A program made the translations under genes and the position numbers. This document shows positions 14,478 to 27,384 of a stretch of DNA of 64,000 nt, piece by piece. The stretch comes from Podarcis liolepis (taxonomy: Eukaryota): assembly GCA_965112155.1 (NCBI GenBank), contig OZ218102.1; one strand, 5' to 3'. The notes beneath the pieces were generated by a model. That model saw only the letters and a list, made by a program, of their open reading frames with translations. It did no database searches and was not told the origin of the DNA. Every line of letters starts with the position of its first letter. Positions within the stretch are counted from its first letter, which is position 1.

Positions 14478-14946
14478 CTGTAATCATACGCACACTTACT
14501 TGGGAAATAAGCCCCATCGAGCTTAACTCAGTGTGGTTTAGGCCTGAGTAAATACTAAAGAATTTCACTATAATAGCCTGATCCTAAGCATATTTACTCT
14601 AACATAAATCCTACTGAGTTCAATGGAGCTTATTCCCTAGTAAATATGCATAGGATACTTAAATTTCATTTGGAACCATTCATTTAGCTCTTCCTGGGGG
14701 GAAAAAACATTGAATACAACTTAAACAAGTCCTAGTGAAATTTAAAAGGAAGCAGAGGAGACAAAAGAGGTAAATGGCACATCAAGTGGAATTTACACAG
14801 AAATACACAATGGGATGAGTCACATAAAGTCTGATCAGTATACAAAGCTTCTTTTTCTCACATTTTAAAGATGAACATTGACAAAATATGTGTATTTTGT
14901 CAGCAATATCAGAAGGAGCCTCAAGGATGTAGACTTTAAAAAAAAT

Positions 14947-15168
14947 TAAAGGGCCCATGGATGATTAAGTCCAGTCAGAGGTGACTATGGGGTGCGGTGC
15001 TCATCTTGCTTCAGGCCAAGGGAGCCAGCGTTTGTCCACAGACAGCTTTCCAGGTCATGTGGCTAGCATGACTAAACCATTTCTGATGCAAGAGAACACT
15101 GTGACAGAAGCCAGAGTGCACAGAAATGTTGTTTACCTTCCCACCACAGCGATACCTATTTATCTACT
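14947..15168 (-). mobile_element. Sauria SINE, 5'-truncated
   Basis: Matches the 3' part of the other copies (GGTCATGTGG..AGCATGACTAA, ACCTATTTATCTACTT). Confidence 0.8.
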
Positions 15169-17439
15169 TAGCTAATCTTATGTATATATCTTATACATAT
15201 GTAGACAGAAGATATATGGATAACCTAAGTCTCAGCTATAGATGCAAATGCAGAATCTGAACTTTTGGCAATGGTTTTTGTGAGAATGGCAGAATTGGTG
15301 ATTTACTTTTGATTTTATTTTTTTGCAAAGAATGTCTAATGTGCTGGTGAGTTTTTAATGAGAGTTGACCAAACATACCGGTACTCAAAGTTGAAAAGAA
15401 AAGAAAAATATTTTGGATATTTAGAAATTCAAATAAATGGGAGGGTTATCCTCTTTGAGATATGCACACACTGTTCATTTGGGTAATCTGGGGTACTGGA
15501 CAACAGAGACTCAGTAAATGGTGCTATTTTATATAATCAATGGGAGTCTGTCTTGTGCTCCAGTTCCTTTTGGAATATGCTCCAGTACCTTTTATGTTAA
15601 CACACAATCTAAGCTGCAACAGTTAATCACTCACCAATCTACATATCCTGTTATTGTAATAGACCATATATGTTGCAAGTTTTCTTGCAAGAGAAAACAA
15701 CCCTTGTGGATTATAAATACCAAACTAATCAGCTATTAAAAAGTTGGTGGGCTCTACCCCACAATACAAAATTCAGTCTGTTTTTGGAATATGGGTGGTT
15801 TAAGAACCCATGGGAAGTTTGCTGTGCTCAATTAATGCTGTTACTGCTAAAAGACTGTTGAGTCTTTTCAGCTGTCATCTAAAGATCATTCTGGAGACTC
15901 ATCTATTTGCCCCCCACCCAATGCTGAAATGAAATATTATGTATTAGTATACCCAAGAAGACAGAGCTTGAGAATTCCCCTGGATGGTAGCAAATATTTC
16001 TGAGGTTGCTTATACAGTTGTTAATCTACTGAAATAAAATGCTGAAATGTATACTGGTGATTAGATACACAGATAAAATGCTTGAAAAAAATGCAAGCCT
16101 AGGTTGTTATTGAAAATTATTGTCTTCATACAGCAGTCCACAATGAAAGCTTTCTTCGTCTGGCAGATTGAGGCCACCAAGAAAATCATCTAAAATGTTA
16201 TTCACTTGCCATTTACATCTGTACTTCTGGGTCAATATTCTTGTGGGGATGGGGGAAGTTTTAACCTATCCATGTTTACCTGGATGTAAGTCCTGTGGAC
16301 TTCAGTGGGGCTTTGTCCCAGGTAGGCAGTTATCAGATTGCAGCCCTAAACATTGCAGTGGCTCTGTTTCTCAAGTGCTCTTCTAACATTTTGTCTTGAG
16401 CAGTTCCTACTGTCATATGTGTTGTCCTTGGTTTCTTATGAGATGCCTGACAGTTCATTTCATATAAGTAGTGGAAACTAAACTTTGAAGCGACAGCTCC
16501 CTATTCCAAACCTTGCCTCCCTCCACCCTGGTCCTTCACATACACAGAGAGAACTCCCTACAAACCTATATTCAAAGCAAAGGATGACATTGCTGACAAC
16601 ACAGTACTTCAGGAAGGTAAAGGCCAACAGCAGCAAATCAGAATGGAAGGCAGAAAGAAACTGTTCAATTCTCCCAAGGGAACCATTGATGGAGGTGAAT
16701 CCCATTGTACCAAGTCCCATCTTACCAGGATTGCTCAGAGGGGAGAAAGTAACAATCCAAAAAAAGAGGGGGGGAATTGCACCTGCTATCTTTGTACTCC
16801 CAACTCCACCTGCAATGTTGTATGCTGACTGCAGCTAGTGAGCTTTTATGAACTGGAAGGTCCAGCCACTTAATGGGCCAAACTGACATTTATCACCGAC
16901 AAGGGAAACAGGGGTGATAAAATGGGAAATTCCCTTTTAACTGCAGATTAAACCCCAGAGGGCTCTATTGTTATAGAAGAGAATTAAAGAGGTGTCCACA
17001 GCACACAGGAGCTCAGTGCAATTTGCTAGACTCTCTCTCCTCACCCCCCCTACCCCCAAATAATAATGCTGATGCTCAATATGTGAAAGTGCAGGTGGGA
17101 CCTTGTAACTAACAGCTCTACTCAGAATTCGTATCTGAAGTAACCAAATCAAAATGGGTGCAGCTCCCTACATTATGCAATAGAATAGAATGCCGTGGAT
17201 CTGGCAAGGCCTTTTCTTTTCCATTAAAAATATTTTTCCCCCATAAAAGAAATAACACCACCAACCTATATTTATTACCCAGGCTACAGCCATCTGATAC
17301 ATCACACAAATCATGGCATAGCTTAGCATAGCATAGCATGCAAAAAAACACACACCCGAGAACCTGGCAATGGATTAATTCCAGAATGAACAAGCAGGCA
17401 GTTATATAACTGTGTGTGCAAAGACACCGATACCATTCG

Positions 17440-18560
17440 GGTGCAGAAAGAGGCAAAAATATGCAGAGAGACTGACCTTACAGGCAAGTTCCATCATGAT
17501 GGGCACATTGCTGGTCTGCTTTACCTGAAGGAAGCACCATTCCGTGTATTGCAGTGCACTTCAGCCTAAAACCTGTAGGTTGCTCCTAGCAGGCAGGTTT
17601 AAAGCAGCATGGGGGTTTTTTTGCGCGGGGAGGGGCGTGGGAGGGGTTGCCATTCACCTTGCATTTTGCAAGAGGTTTAGCATTTTCTAACTGCAAAAAT
17701 CAAGCAATCCAAAAGTCCGTTCTCTCCCTGCAGGTTATATACGCTGTTCTCCAAACGGCTTAGGACCAGATGTGATGCAAGCATGATTCGTCAAGTCTAG
17801 TCCAGCATTATTATTTTTTGGGGGGAGGGGGTGAAAGCAAGGGAGGGAGGGAGGGAGGGAAGAGGAGGAGGGGTGGAATCGACCATACAGGTTTTGTTTT
17901 TTAAAAAAGCTGCTCACCAGGTACACACCCTGAAAGTGGAGACTCAGGCCAGCCTAAGTGAGGCAAAGAGCTAGAGAGGGGTTTCACCAGCAGGTTGCAG
18001 TTGCCGGGCGATGCTCTGGATGCTCGCCTTCCTCCTGGGAAAAATGAGCTCACTGCGAGCATCCAACAGCCGCCCCTCAGCCATTGCAGTGACACTGCAG
18101 CTAACAGCCGACTCCAGGCACGTCATCGGAGGAGCTCACTTGGAGAAACGGAGGCCCTCCCATTCAGGAAGGGAAAGGCAAAGGCGCTCGATCCAGCAGC
18201 AAGGCCAGCCCTCAGCTGCAGCCACCTAATTCGCGGCTGGCTTTTCTCAAAGCGTAAAACAAATTCCTCTCCAGCATCCTAAGCAGGGTGGGGATTGTTG
18301 CTTCCACTCTCTGCGTTGCCAAGGTTACGGAGGCTTGCCTCTCTCTCCACCTCCCCTTCCTCTCCGCTGCCAAGTAAGGGATGTAGCAGGACCCAGCCGA
18401 GACTGACATTTAAAATCCCCGTGGCTCCTCTCTCTGGCATTTGCAAGCAGCCAGAGAGACGGTCCGAGTTCCTCCTGCAGGGGTCCTCCGCAGACGTGGC
18501 CCGTCCGGGGCCAGGTATTAATCGATCACCTCTTCATCTTCATCTTGAAATTCTTGTTTC
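17440..18560 (-). promoter_or_regulatory. GC/CpG-enriched promoter-like region with candidate non-coding first exons, probably the JAKMIP3 5' end
   Basis: Local CpG enrichment, repeat-free. Minus-strand donors CCT|GTAAGG (17481), CAG|GTAAAG (17524), AAG|GTGAAT (17657), CTG|GTGAGC (17917). Gene identity comes from synteny only; no coding exon seen. Confidence 0.4.
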
Positions 18561-20877
18561 TCTGCTCTGAAAGGATGCAGAAGGGGAAATTGCGCTGGGG
18601 TCTTTGCAAATGTCTTTAAAGTATCCGGGCATGGCAGATAAGAGGACTCATCATCAACCCCTTGTAGGAAGCCCAGAGCTAGAGAGAAGGTCCCAGGCTC
18701 CTTTCAGTTGTATTTATGTACTGCTTGCTTGTTAACTTTCCTTTTGGTCTGTGCTGACATGTTAGGTCTAAATTATTTATTTGCAACACTGAACGGTTGG
18801 ACTTTGGCCTATTTGAACGTTCTGGTACCTTTTGTAAACTGCAGGTTTGCATATCTATAAGACAGGTGGTTTTTTGTAAGGCTTTTTGGGCACAGCTCAC
18901 TGTGGAAAAAGTCCATCCTTGAGTCTCCAGATGTGGGTAGACTACAACTCCCATCATCCTTGGCTAGACTGGTGTGGATGATGGGAATTGTAGTCCACCC
19001 ACATTGGGGAACCAAGGTTGAAGAACACAGCCCAAAGCTAAATAATGTCTGCAATGGGCTGTGACTTGTCCTACCAAGAAACAGATACAGTACTAAGTAA
19101 GGGAACTTGCAACAAAACATTGCGTCATGGAGAGCTCCTGTTCCAGATTCCACCCAAGCCCTTTTCAAGGATTCCCCATTCCATTGCCCTTCTCTTCCCC
19201 ACCCCTATTTTCTCCCTCCCTTTCTGTCCCTCACTTGGCCACTGAACATACTCAGTTTTAGGGGGTCCCCCCTTAAGTTAACCAGCCAGCATACAACAAG
19301 AAACCTAAATGCCACATACCACGTTGAAAGAATTCTTAGGATTTTTGAACCTACTAAGAAATATCACAATGATACAAATACAGTGGTGTTTCTGTCAAAT
19401 ACAGGGGTACCACAGCTAATTGCTTTAAACACGAGTTCTCAAATATTCTGTAATTCTACTTTTAGTAGGCTTTGACATTTATAGTCGCTCCCTGAATTGT
19501 TTGGGGTTTTATAGCTCATTGCATCCATTAACAAAAGGCACCTTTGTGCATTGTCCAAACTGTTCGATTGTGAAGTGCTCTGAAGAGGAAAGATGCATAT
19601 ATGCCCCTGTGTATCTGATAAATATCTTTAATATATAACCACAGCTGTGCAAGCCTCATTGGACACTTATTCTGATAGTGTTTATTTAATTCACTGTTGC
19701 CTGGCAAAACTCTAAAGGTCCACAGATGGGGTAACAGGTGGTTGGTAGCTATCCCTTTCTGTTTATGATGAGACTCGGGGTATTTGATGCAATGCTATTA
19801 ATTTATAATCACAGGCTTAATAGAAGCATCTACTTCTGCAAAAAAAAATTAAAAAATTGTTAGCAATTTGCCATAGATCTACTGCAAAATGATTTTACAC
19901 CAGTGTGGTTTAGAACAGAAGAGGTGCTTTTTGAGAGTTGATGTAATTTAATGAAGTAGGTATGAACTGCAAAATACCAAAATCTCAGCTAGACTCATAT
20001 GGGTGGCCTTTAGTATCATCTTGCAATGATGATTTGTTTTATGGGATTAATAATACAGGATTGCTTTATATTATTTGCTGCAAGGCTTCCTAAGGGCCAA
20101 ATCAGACATGTGTGCCAGTTAGGCTATTACATGGAAAAGGGGTCTACTTTTTAATTACTAAAGAGAGTGTGGGGACAGCAGCAATATAAAGCTACCCAAT
20201 CTGGCTTCTATTGCATTTATATTTAATGAAATTTATATGTTAGTTAGGTTTCTTTTTTAACAAACAAAAAAAAACAAAAAACCCCAATGTAAGTTTAATA
20301 AAATAATATTAACTAGTCATAAGAAAATACTGATAAAATCAACAGACTTTATTTTTTTAAAAAAACAGTTTTGAAAGCAAATATACATAATAAAATTGCA
20401 TGTCTGGGTAGACATTTTTTAAATCTATCTACCACCTAAAGATGATCTCCAACTTTGCTAATATGAAAACTACCTAATTCCTATTTTCCATATTTCCAGA
20501 GGTGGGGAATCAATCATGATATGTTTCTCATTACCAGTAGAACTTGGTGCAACCTCTAACCTGTGTGACACTTAGAAGCAGTGGCATAGTGTGGGTTGCC
20601 AGCACCCAGTACAAGGCAAGTGTCCTCTAAACTGCCTGCTGATGGGCTGGAAAGAAGGGGCAAATCTCGGTGACCTACCCGAGTGGCAGCTGTGGTGCCC
20701 AATGAGTGTCAAGCACGTCAGAAAGCAGGATGGGGGACTGGTCAGAAGCGGGCATCTTTCTAAAGCCCATACAGAGGGCACCCTAGCAACTGGCTGTCAC
20801 CCAAATCTGCTTCTCAGTCTGCCCACATGAACATTGGGAGATTTTTTTGGGGGGGGGGTATTTTTAAAGCTATTATT

Positions 20878-20880
<3 letters not shown>

Positions 20881-20919
<39 letters not shown>
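20881..20919. repeat. (TC)n microsatellite
   Basis: Seen directly. Confidence 0.95.
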
Positions 20920-20922
<3 letters not shown>

Positions 20923-21516
20923 ATGTTGTGCTCCTAATAATTTTTCATGCAGTTCTGCTGGTTTATATACTTCTACTGCTCTTTTATCTTTTTTTTGGGG
21001 GGGAGGTATTTGTTTTAGGTTGTTTTATCATTTGAATGTGTATTATAAATGGCCTTGGGGATTTTTTAACAGTGTAAAACTGAAGCAGGAAGCATTTGAA
21101 TAAGTTACTTTTAGAAACACGTCAAGGAACAACACGTCATCTCTTGCAGTCCAGAAGAAAAGAAGGAGAGAAGCATTACACAACATGAGCCACAGAGTGA
21201 AATGCTGCCTTAAACAATAAGAGTACGTTTTGTGAATCTTTCAGCCGTGTGGTGAATCTGAGCATCTGCGCTAAATCTGAGTATTTTGAGACCAGATAGC
21301 ACAAACTTCCATTTGGTCAACATCTGACCGCATGGAGAAAGTTATATGAATTAGGGCACACACCCTTTCTCTCTCTCTGCTGGAGAATGCCCTTTTCTTT
21401 CAGCATCCTCTTCTCACAGTAGCCGTACCAATACCTATGAGAAGCCCGCAAGCAGGACATGAGTGCAACAGCACCCTCCCCGCTTGCGATTCCCAACAAC
21501 TGGTACATAAACACAT

Positions 21517-21897
21517 GGGACGTGGGTGGCGCTGTGGTCTAAACCACTGAGCCTCATGGGCTTGCCAATCAAGGTGGGTGGTTCGAATCCCCGTGATGGG
21601 GAGAGCTCCCATTGCTCTGTCCCAGCTCCTGCCAATCTAGCAGTTTGAAAGCATGCCTGTGCAAGTAGATAAATAGGCATCGCTGCAGTGGGAAGGTAAA
21701 CAGCATTTCTGTGCACTCTGGTTTCCGTCACTGTGTCCCGTTGTACCAGAAGTGGTTTAGTCCTGCTGGCCACATGACCCGGAAAGCTGTCTACGGACAA
21801 ACGCCGGCTCCCTTGGCCTGAAAGAGAGATGAGCGTAGGGACCCCATAGTCGCCTTTACTGGACTTAACCATCCAGGGGTCTTTTACCTTTACCTTT
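21517..21897 (+). mobile_element. Sauria SINE, full length
   Basis: GGGACGTGGGTGGCGCTG head through to the (ACCTTT)n tail. Confidence 0.9.
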
Positions 21898-22158
21898 TAC
21901 ATATTGTGGCTAGTAGCCATTGATAGCTTTCACCTCCAAAAATTTTATCTAACCACCTTTTAAAGTGGTGTGTGGTGTGAAGAAACATTTTCTTTTGCTT
22001 GTCCTGAATCTTCCAACATTCCGGTCCCTTGGATCACTCTCGTGTTATGAAAGAGGAGGGGAAACCACCTCTCTGTCCTCTTTTTCTGCATCATGTTTAA
22101 TATTAGGTGCCTATGTGTGGGAGTCACTTCCTTTTAATGAGGTCTTCCACTGGTGAGA

Positions 22159-22161
<3 letters not shown>

Positions 22162-22206
<45 letters not shown>
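22162..22206. repeat. (GT)n microsatellite
   Basis: Seen directly. Confidence 0.95.
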
Positions 22207-22210
<4 letters not shown>

Positions 22211-24143
22211 AAGCAACCACATGGCTTGTGCAGGTCGTTCCCACCCAACTGACACCCCATTGAATGAAAGGACTCTGACTGGGTGGAAAAGACCCACAAA
22301 CCCTGGCTCCGTCCCGCTTACTCGTTTGCTCCATTCACATACATGTACACACACACACAATCCAGCAGCATAAGGCTGCTTTGCATCACATGGAAGCGAC
22401 TTCCATGTTCCTGGGTTCATGTGAGAAGGGGGTCGTGCGCCTCACTTCATATGCATTATACAAACTAATCAATGTAACATAAGTTGTGGTTGAATCCAGT
22501 CTCAGTGGAGATAATTTACATCCCATTTACAACTATCTGGGCGATCGAAACAATGGATAGGAAGTTGTTGTCAGCTTGGCTAAGTAAATAGGGTGGAAGT
22601 TGAATGGTTATCTTAATAAACTACCCCACAGGTTTCCTGGCTTCTGTGACATTAGCATTATATCTGACTACACTGAGGCAGAACTGTGACTTGCTGTTGT
22701 TTTTAATTTCAAAATCTCAATGAGGCAGATGATGCCTAAGCAGTAAAATATGTGGCTCTGATCAGCATAACACACAAGAGACTGGCCAGATAACGATAGT
22801 AGGGAGCTCAATAGAACACTGTGACTTCTAATAAGTGAAAAAGTGGCTATTGCAGGTAGAACAGGCTTAGATGCAGTTAATTATATCAGTGTGATTTATG
22901 TGTCTTGAAAGTGGAGGAGAAGAATGGCAGGGCTGACTTATGTTAGGAATGGAGGGGGAAAGCAGCAGCAGCAGCAGCAGCAAGACATCCTACAGACATC
23001 AGATGCATCCAGAGATTATTTGTATGCAGCTGCAAAAGCCTTGAGCTGCCCAATACAAAGATACTCCTGTGGGCCCAAGCTTCTGAAAGTCTGAGCAGTG
23101 CTTAATCAATGCTTGTTGACTAGAAGCAAAGCTGCAATTTGTGCACTTGTTCATAGATGCTGACATGTGCTGGAGTCCTACATTTTTTGTTTGCCATCTT
23201 TCTTTGTTTCTTGTCTCTGGTGAATTTTTCCTCTTACCATGTAGGGCAGATCCACACCATATACTTAAAGCACCTCCAGCATACAGAGCCCATGACACCC
23301 CCTATGGAATCCTGGGAATTGTAGTTTGTTAAAGGTAATGAGAATTGTAGCTCAGTGAGGGGGAAGCTACAGTTCCCATTATTCCTTAGAGGAAGTCATG
23401 TGCTTTAAATGGCAAGTGGCAGTGTACATACTTCTGTCACCCCTCCCAATTTGCTGCCTGAGGCATGATGCTCAATGTGCCTCCTGGCAGGGCCGGCACT
23501 GTGGCCATTCAATGATCAATCAAAATAACCATTAAGTAATTACTTTTGTCTTAACACCATAGGAAGTCATTGTGTTGATTTCAGCTGGTGATTTTCTTTT
23601 CTTATTACTGCTGCACTTGTACAAAGGTAGGTCAGTATCACACGGGATGCGGAATGAAGAAAATGTAGACCAAGTTGGTTCCCATAGAGATGCATTTGGA
23701 AGCAACTTTGCAGGCTCCCAGATCGATAGACCTTTACATTATTTATATCTGTTCAATCTACAGTTGCCAGATCCGGGGCATAGCTTTGATGTAGGCCGCT
23801 GTGGAAGGCAGGCTCACAACCCAATTAGCCTTTGACATGTATTTGACAGAACGCTTCAAGCCAAGTAGCACAATCCAGTGAGCAATATGGACATTTGAAC
23901 CAGTGTGTGTTTTTTTTCAAATTTCACGTTCCTAAGGCACGTCAGTAAAATAAAGAAAAAAAATTCTTTCTTCAGGAATCACCTGATAGCCTTAGAGCTT
24001 AATACCAAATATGCGAATCCATATAATTTCTTCATATATAGTGGAGGTGGGAAACGTGGCTGCCCAGATGTTGTTGGACTACAACTCCCATCATCCCCTG
24101 ACCACTAACCATACTTGGGCTGCAGCTGATGAGTGTTGCAAAG

Positions 24144-24475
24144 CCTCCAAGTGTCCCTATTTTCCAGGGACAGTCCCAGATTTACAGAAGCTGTCCCATT
24201 TTGTGATTTGATCCTGATATGTCCCACTTTTCCTTAGGACATCCCTATTTTCAATGGAGAAATGTTGGAGGGTATAAAGTTATGTGACCCTCAAGCCAAG
24301 GAGATAAGTAACTATACAACCTTTAGAAGACATCTGAAGGCAGCCCTATATAGGGGTTTTTACATATGCTGGAAGCTGCTCAGAGTGGGGCATCTCAGTC
24401 AGAGGAGTGGGGTATTATTATTATTATTGAATAGGACATCCTTATTGTCATCAGAGAAATGCTGGAGTGTACGGT
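24144..24475. mobile_element. Unclassified interspersed repeat (GTGTCCCTATTTTCCAGGGACAGTCCC family)
   Basis: The same sequence recurs at about 29160-29310 and 35850-36305; this copy includes an L2-derived tail segment. Confidence 0.6.
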
Positions 24476-25797
24476 GTTGAGACCAGCAACACACCAGTTT
24501 GCCATCCCTGATTAATTGTTTTGCTCACCCAGTCCCTAAGAAGCAGACAGTTGAATGCCGAATAGGAATCCACAAGCAAACCAGGCATCATTTCTCAGTC
24601 AAAATAAATATTATAAGAACTCCCCCCCCCACAAAATGTACCTGGCTGTCAGAAGGGTTGGATGTTCTGGTAAATGATTTGACCGTGTCCTATGTTTGCA
24701 CCTAACACGCTCTCTGTCCAGATGATGTTTTGTTTTGGGCCGGCTAGGATGCTTACCTGGGTCATAGTTCATCTTCCGTGAAAGGTGTTCCTAACATGGG
24801 GTTGGAGGGGGGACCTCCAGCTCCCATTAGGTTTTCCAATGTCACACAGGTACACTAGCCTGATACCTGCGTGCCTGAAGGCCGAATCATACAATCCTAT
24901 CCCCTCAAAAGGAAAAGATCACATGATCCAGCCCTCTGCACGTGCAGAATGTTTGTGCCACACATTATGAATGGGATGAAGGGCAGCATGCCTTCTTGTT
25001 TCTTTGCTCGGAAGACTTGAAGCCAGATGCAGCCTTCTAAGCTACTCTCTCCAGTCACTGCGATTCTCTCTAACCACACCCCCTCTCCCTAGGTCTTGGC
25101 CCTCACCAGCCCCGCTTTGCATCCTCCTCAAGTGTTTTCACCTGCCCTTTTCCTTCGCTGGCTGGTGGATAGGGGTGTGCATAGCAACCAGCACACTGTA
25201 CAGAAATAATTACATGTGTTGCTCCACCCATTCCGCTCCCTCCTGCCCCGAACCTGCTCACTACTAGCATCTAGTTCCTTGGAAAGTTGCACAGAAATGT
25301 TGTACCTCCCATGGAAAAGTGACTCTGGAAAGCTCAGCAGTGCTACTCTTTCAGAGTTCACACAACAAGGTAAAGTACGTAGTTGGTTTGACCCATTGGA
25401 AACTTCCAAAATCCTTTCTAGGGCAACACTTTTACTAGGCCAAACAAAATATCACATTGTGCAAGCTTTCAAGCTGTCTAGAATTGAGGCTAGATAGTAA
25501 ACACAGCAGGAGGGGAGGAAGACGGAGAATGGACAGTGATTTCCTTATTTTCTCACCCAGGTGCCAGTGTTGTTGTGAGACGGCAGAGGGCAACAGAGAG
25601 CTATTATGGAAGAATGCCAGTCTGTAACCTGCTATAAAATGAATGATCAGACATGGGTCAACTTGAGGAGTTTTGCATTTGTATGTGAGCACAGAATCAG
25701 AAGGATGTTTATCAAGTCCTGGGCAGACACATACAAGACTTGATACAATAAGCAGCTAGTACATGTTCACATTTCCAGAAAGGGATCCCAGAACTTA

Positions 25798-25976
25798 CCG
25801 TATTTACTCGAATGTACTGTGAACCCTTTTTGGCCAAATTATGTCAAGAAAAGTAGGGTTTGCATTAGATTTGATGGCGCATTTACATTCACTAGCAAAT
25901 ACTGCTTTGGTTTCAAGGTTTTGAAAATTGAGGTGTGCATTAGATTCGATGGTGCATTAGATTCGCGTAAATACAG
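25798..25976. mobile_element. Tc1/mariner (Tc2-like) MITE
   Basis: TA-flanked; TIRs CCGTATTTACTCGAAT / ATTCGCGTAAATACAG; internal TGCATTAGATT repeats. Confidence 0.8.
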
Positions 25977-26948
25977 TATCATGTTTGTTGAAGCCTAGTA
26001 GCAGGGAAATATCAAAGTACTATTGGAAACGGATAGAGTTTGGGTGTGCATATGCATAGATTTTCTTTTCCTCCCATAAACCCCTCTCCCTCCAGAGTTC
26101 CCCTTCCCTGTGGTTTTTTTTGTTTTTTGTTTTTGCATCATCACCATCGTCATTTGACTTGTATGCTGTCTTTCCATAGTTAAAACCATGCCTTACAGCA
26201 CAAAAGAGTTTATATAATTACAAACATAACAAAAGTAGTCATAAACCATTTATTTGTGGTTTGACAACCATCAACAAGTACACAACCATATCTGAACAAT
26301 TTCCACATAAATCGCAAACAGATCTAAAAAGGAAGGTGTGAGAAAATTAATATCAGCAACAGCAACAAAAACCCCTAAACAATATCCCAGCCCAAGAGTC
26401 TGTTCTGCAGCCTCAGCTTTTGCAGCTGCAGTCAGTGAGGGTCCTGCTCTTCCCAACCAGGTTGGAAAAAAGGCTTAGCATACCTGGGAACAGGTCTTGC
26501 AGGACTCACAGCCAAGACGGTCTCACTTGCAGCAGGATCTCATAGGACTGAAAGGGGAGTTGAGGCAGATAACTGTCTGTTCCTACTTGATTGCATTTAA
26601 CTAGATAATAAGTCTATAAAATCTTGGGTTTAGCTCCAATGACTAGCTATCTTCAGCCACAGAAATCACCTTTTTATCATTAAATGTGCTTCCCGGTTCT
26701 CAAAAGCAGCATTTTCTCTGGCTCCTATGCACCAAGTAGTGTTGTTAAATTAGCAATCACCTATTTTTAGAATGTGCTTATTTTCCAGAGATTATTACAG
26801 TCTCAGTCAATATTTAAGGAAGATAACACGGTTTGCATTTGTTGGAGCCTGGGATTCGTGGGTCATCACAGAGATTGTGGGGATTGATCTCAAGGCTACA
26901 GTTTGCTTCTTGCTATTGATATAGGCAAGATCATTGACAATCCAAGCA

Positions 26949-26953
<5 letters not shown>

Positions 26954-27020
<67 letters not shown>
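26954..27020. repeat. Compound (TC)n(TG)n microsatellite
   Basis: Seen directly. Confidence 0.95.
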
Positions 27021-27234
27021 CTATTATCGCACTGTGTTGGTTGAGTCATTCATAACAGCAATCAACAAATGCGAGTTTCTCCTTTTCAGATAGCCGTATT
27101 GCAACACCCAAGTCTTCCAGTCACTGAGACCAGCTGCTTTGGATGGGGGAAATGTAGATAATCAGATATAAGGATTAGTATGTCTGGAACGCGGTCTACA
27201 TGCTGGGTCACTTAGAAGGATTTTAAAGTGCAGA

Positions 27235-27384
27235 TAAAGGTAAAGGGACCCCTGACCATTAGGTCCAGTCGCAGATGACTCTGGGGTTGTGGCGCTCATC
27301 TCGCTTTACTGGCCAAGGGAGCCAGCGTACAGCTCAGGGTCATGTGGCCAGCATGACTAAGCCACTTCTGGTGAACCAGAGCAG
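27235..27384 (-). mobile_element. Sauria SINE, 5'-truncated
   Basis: AAAGGTAAAGGGACCCCTGACCATTAGGTCCAGTCG 3' end. Confidence 0.85.
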
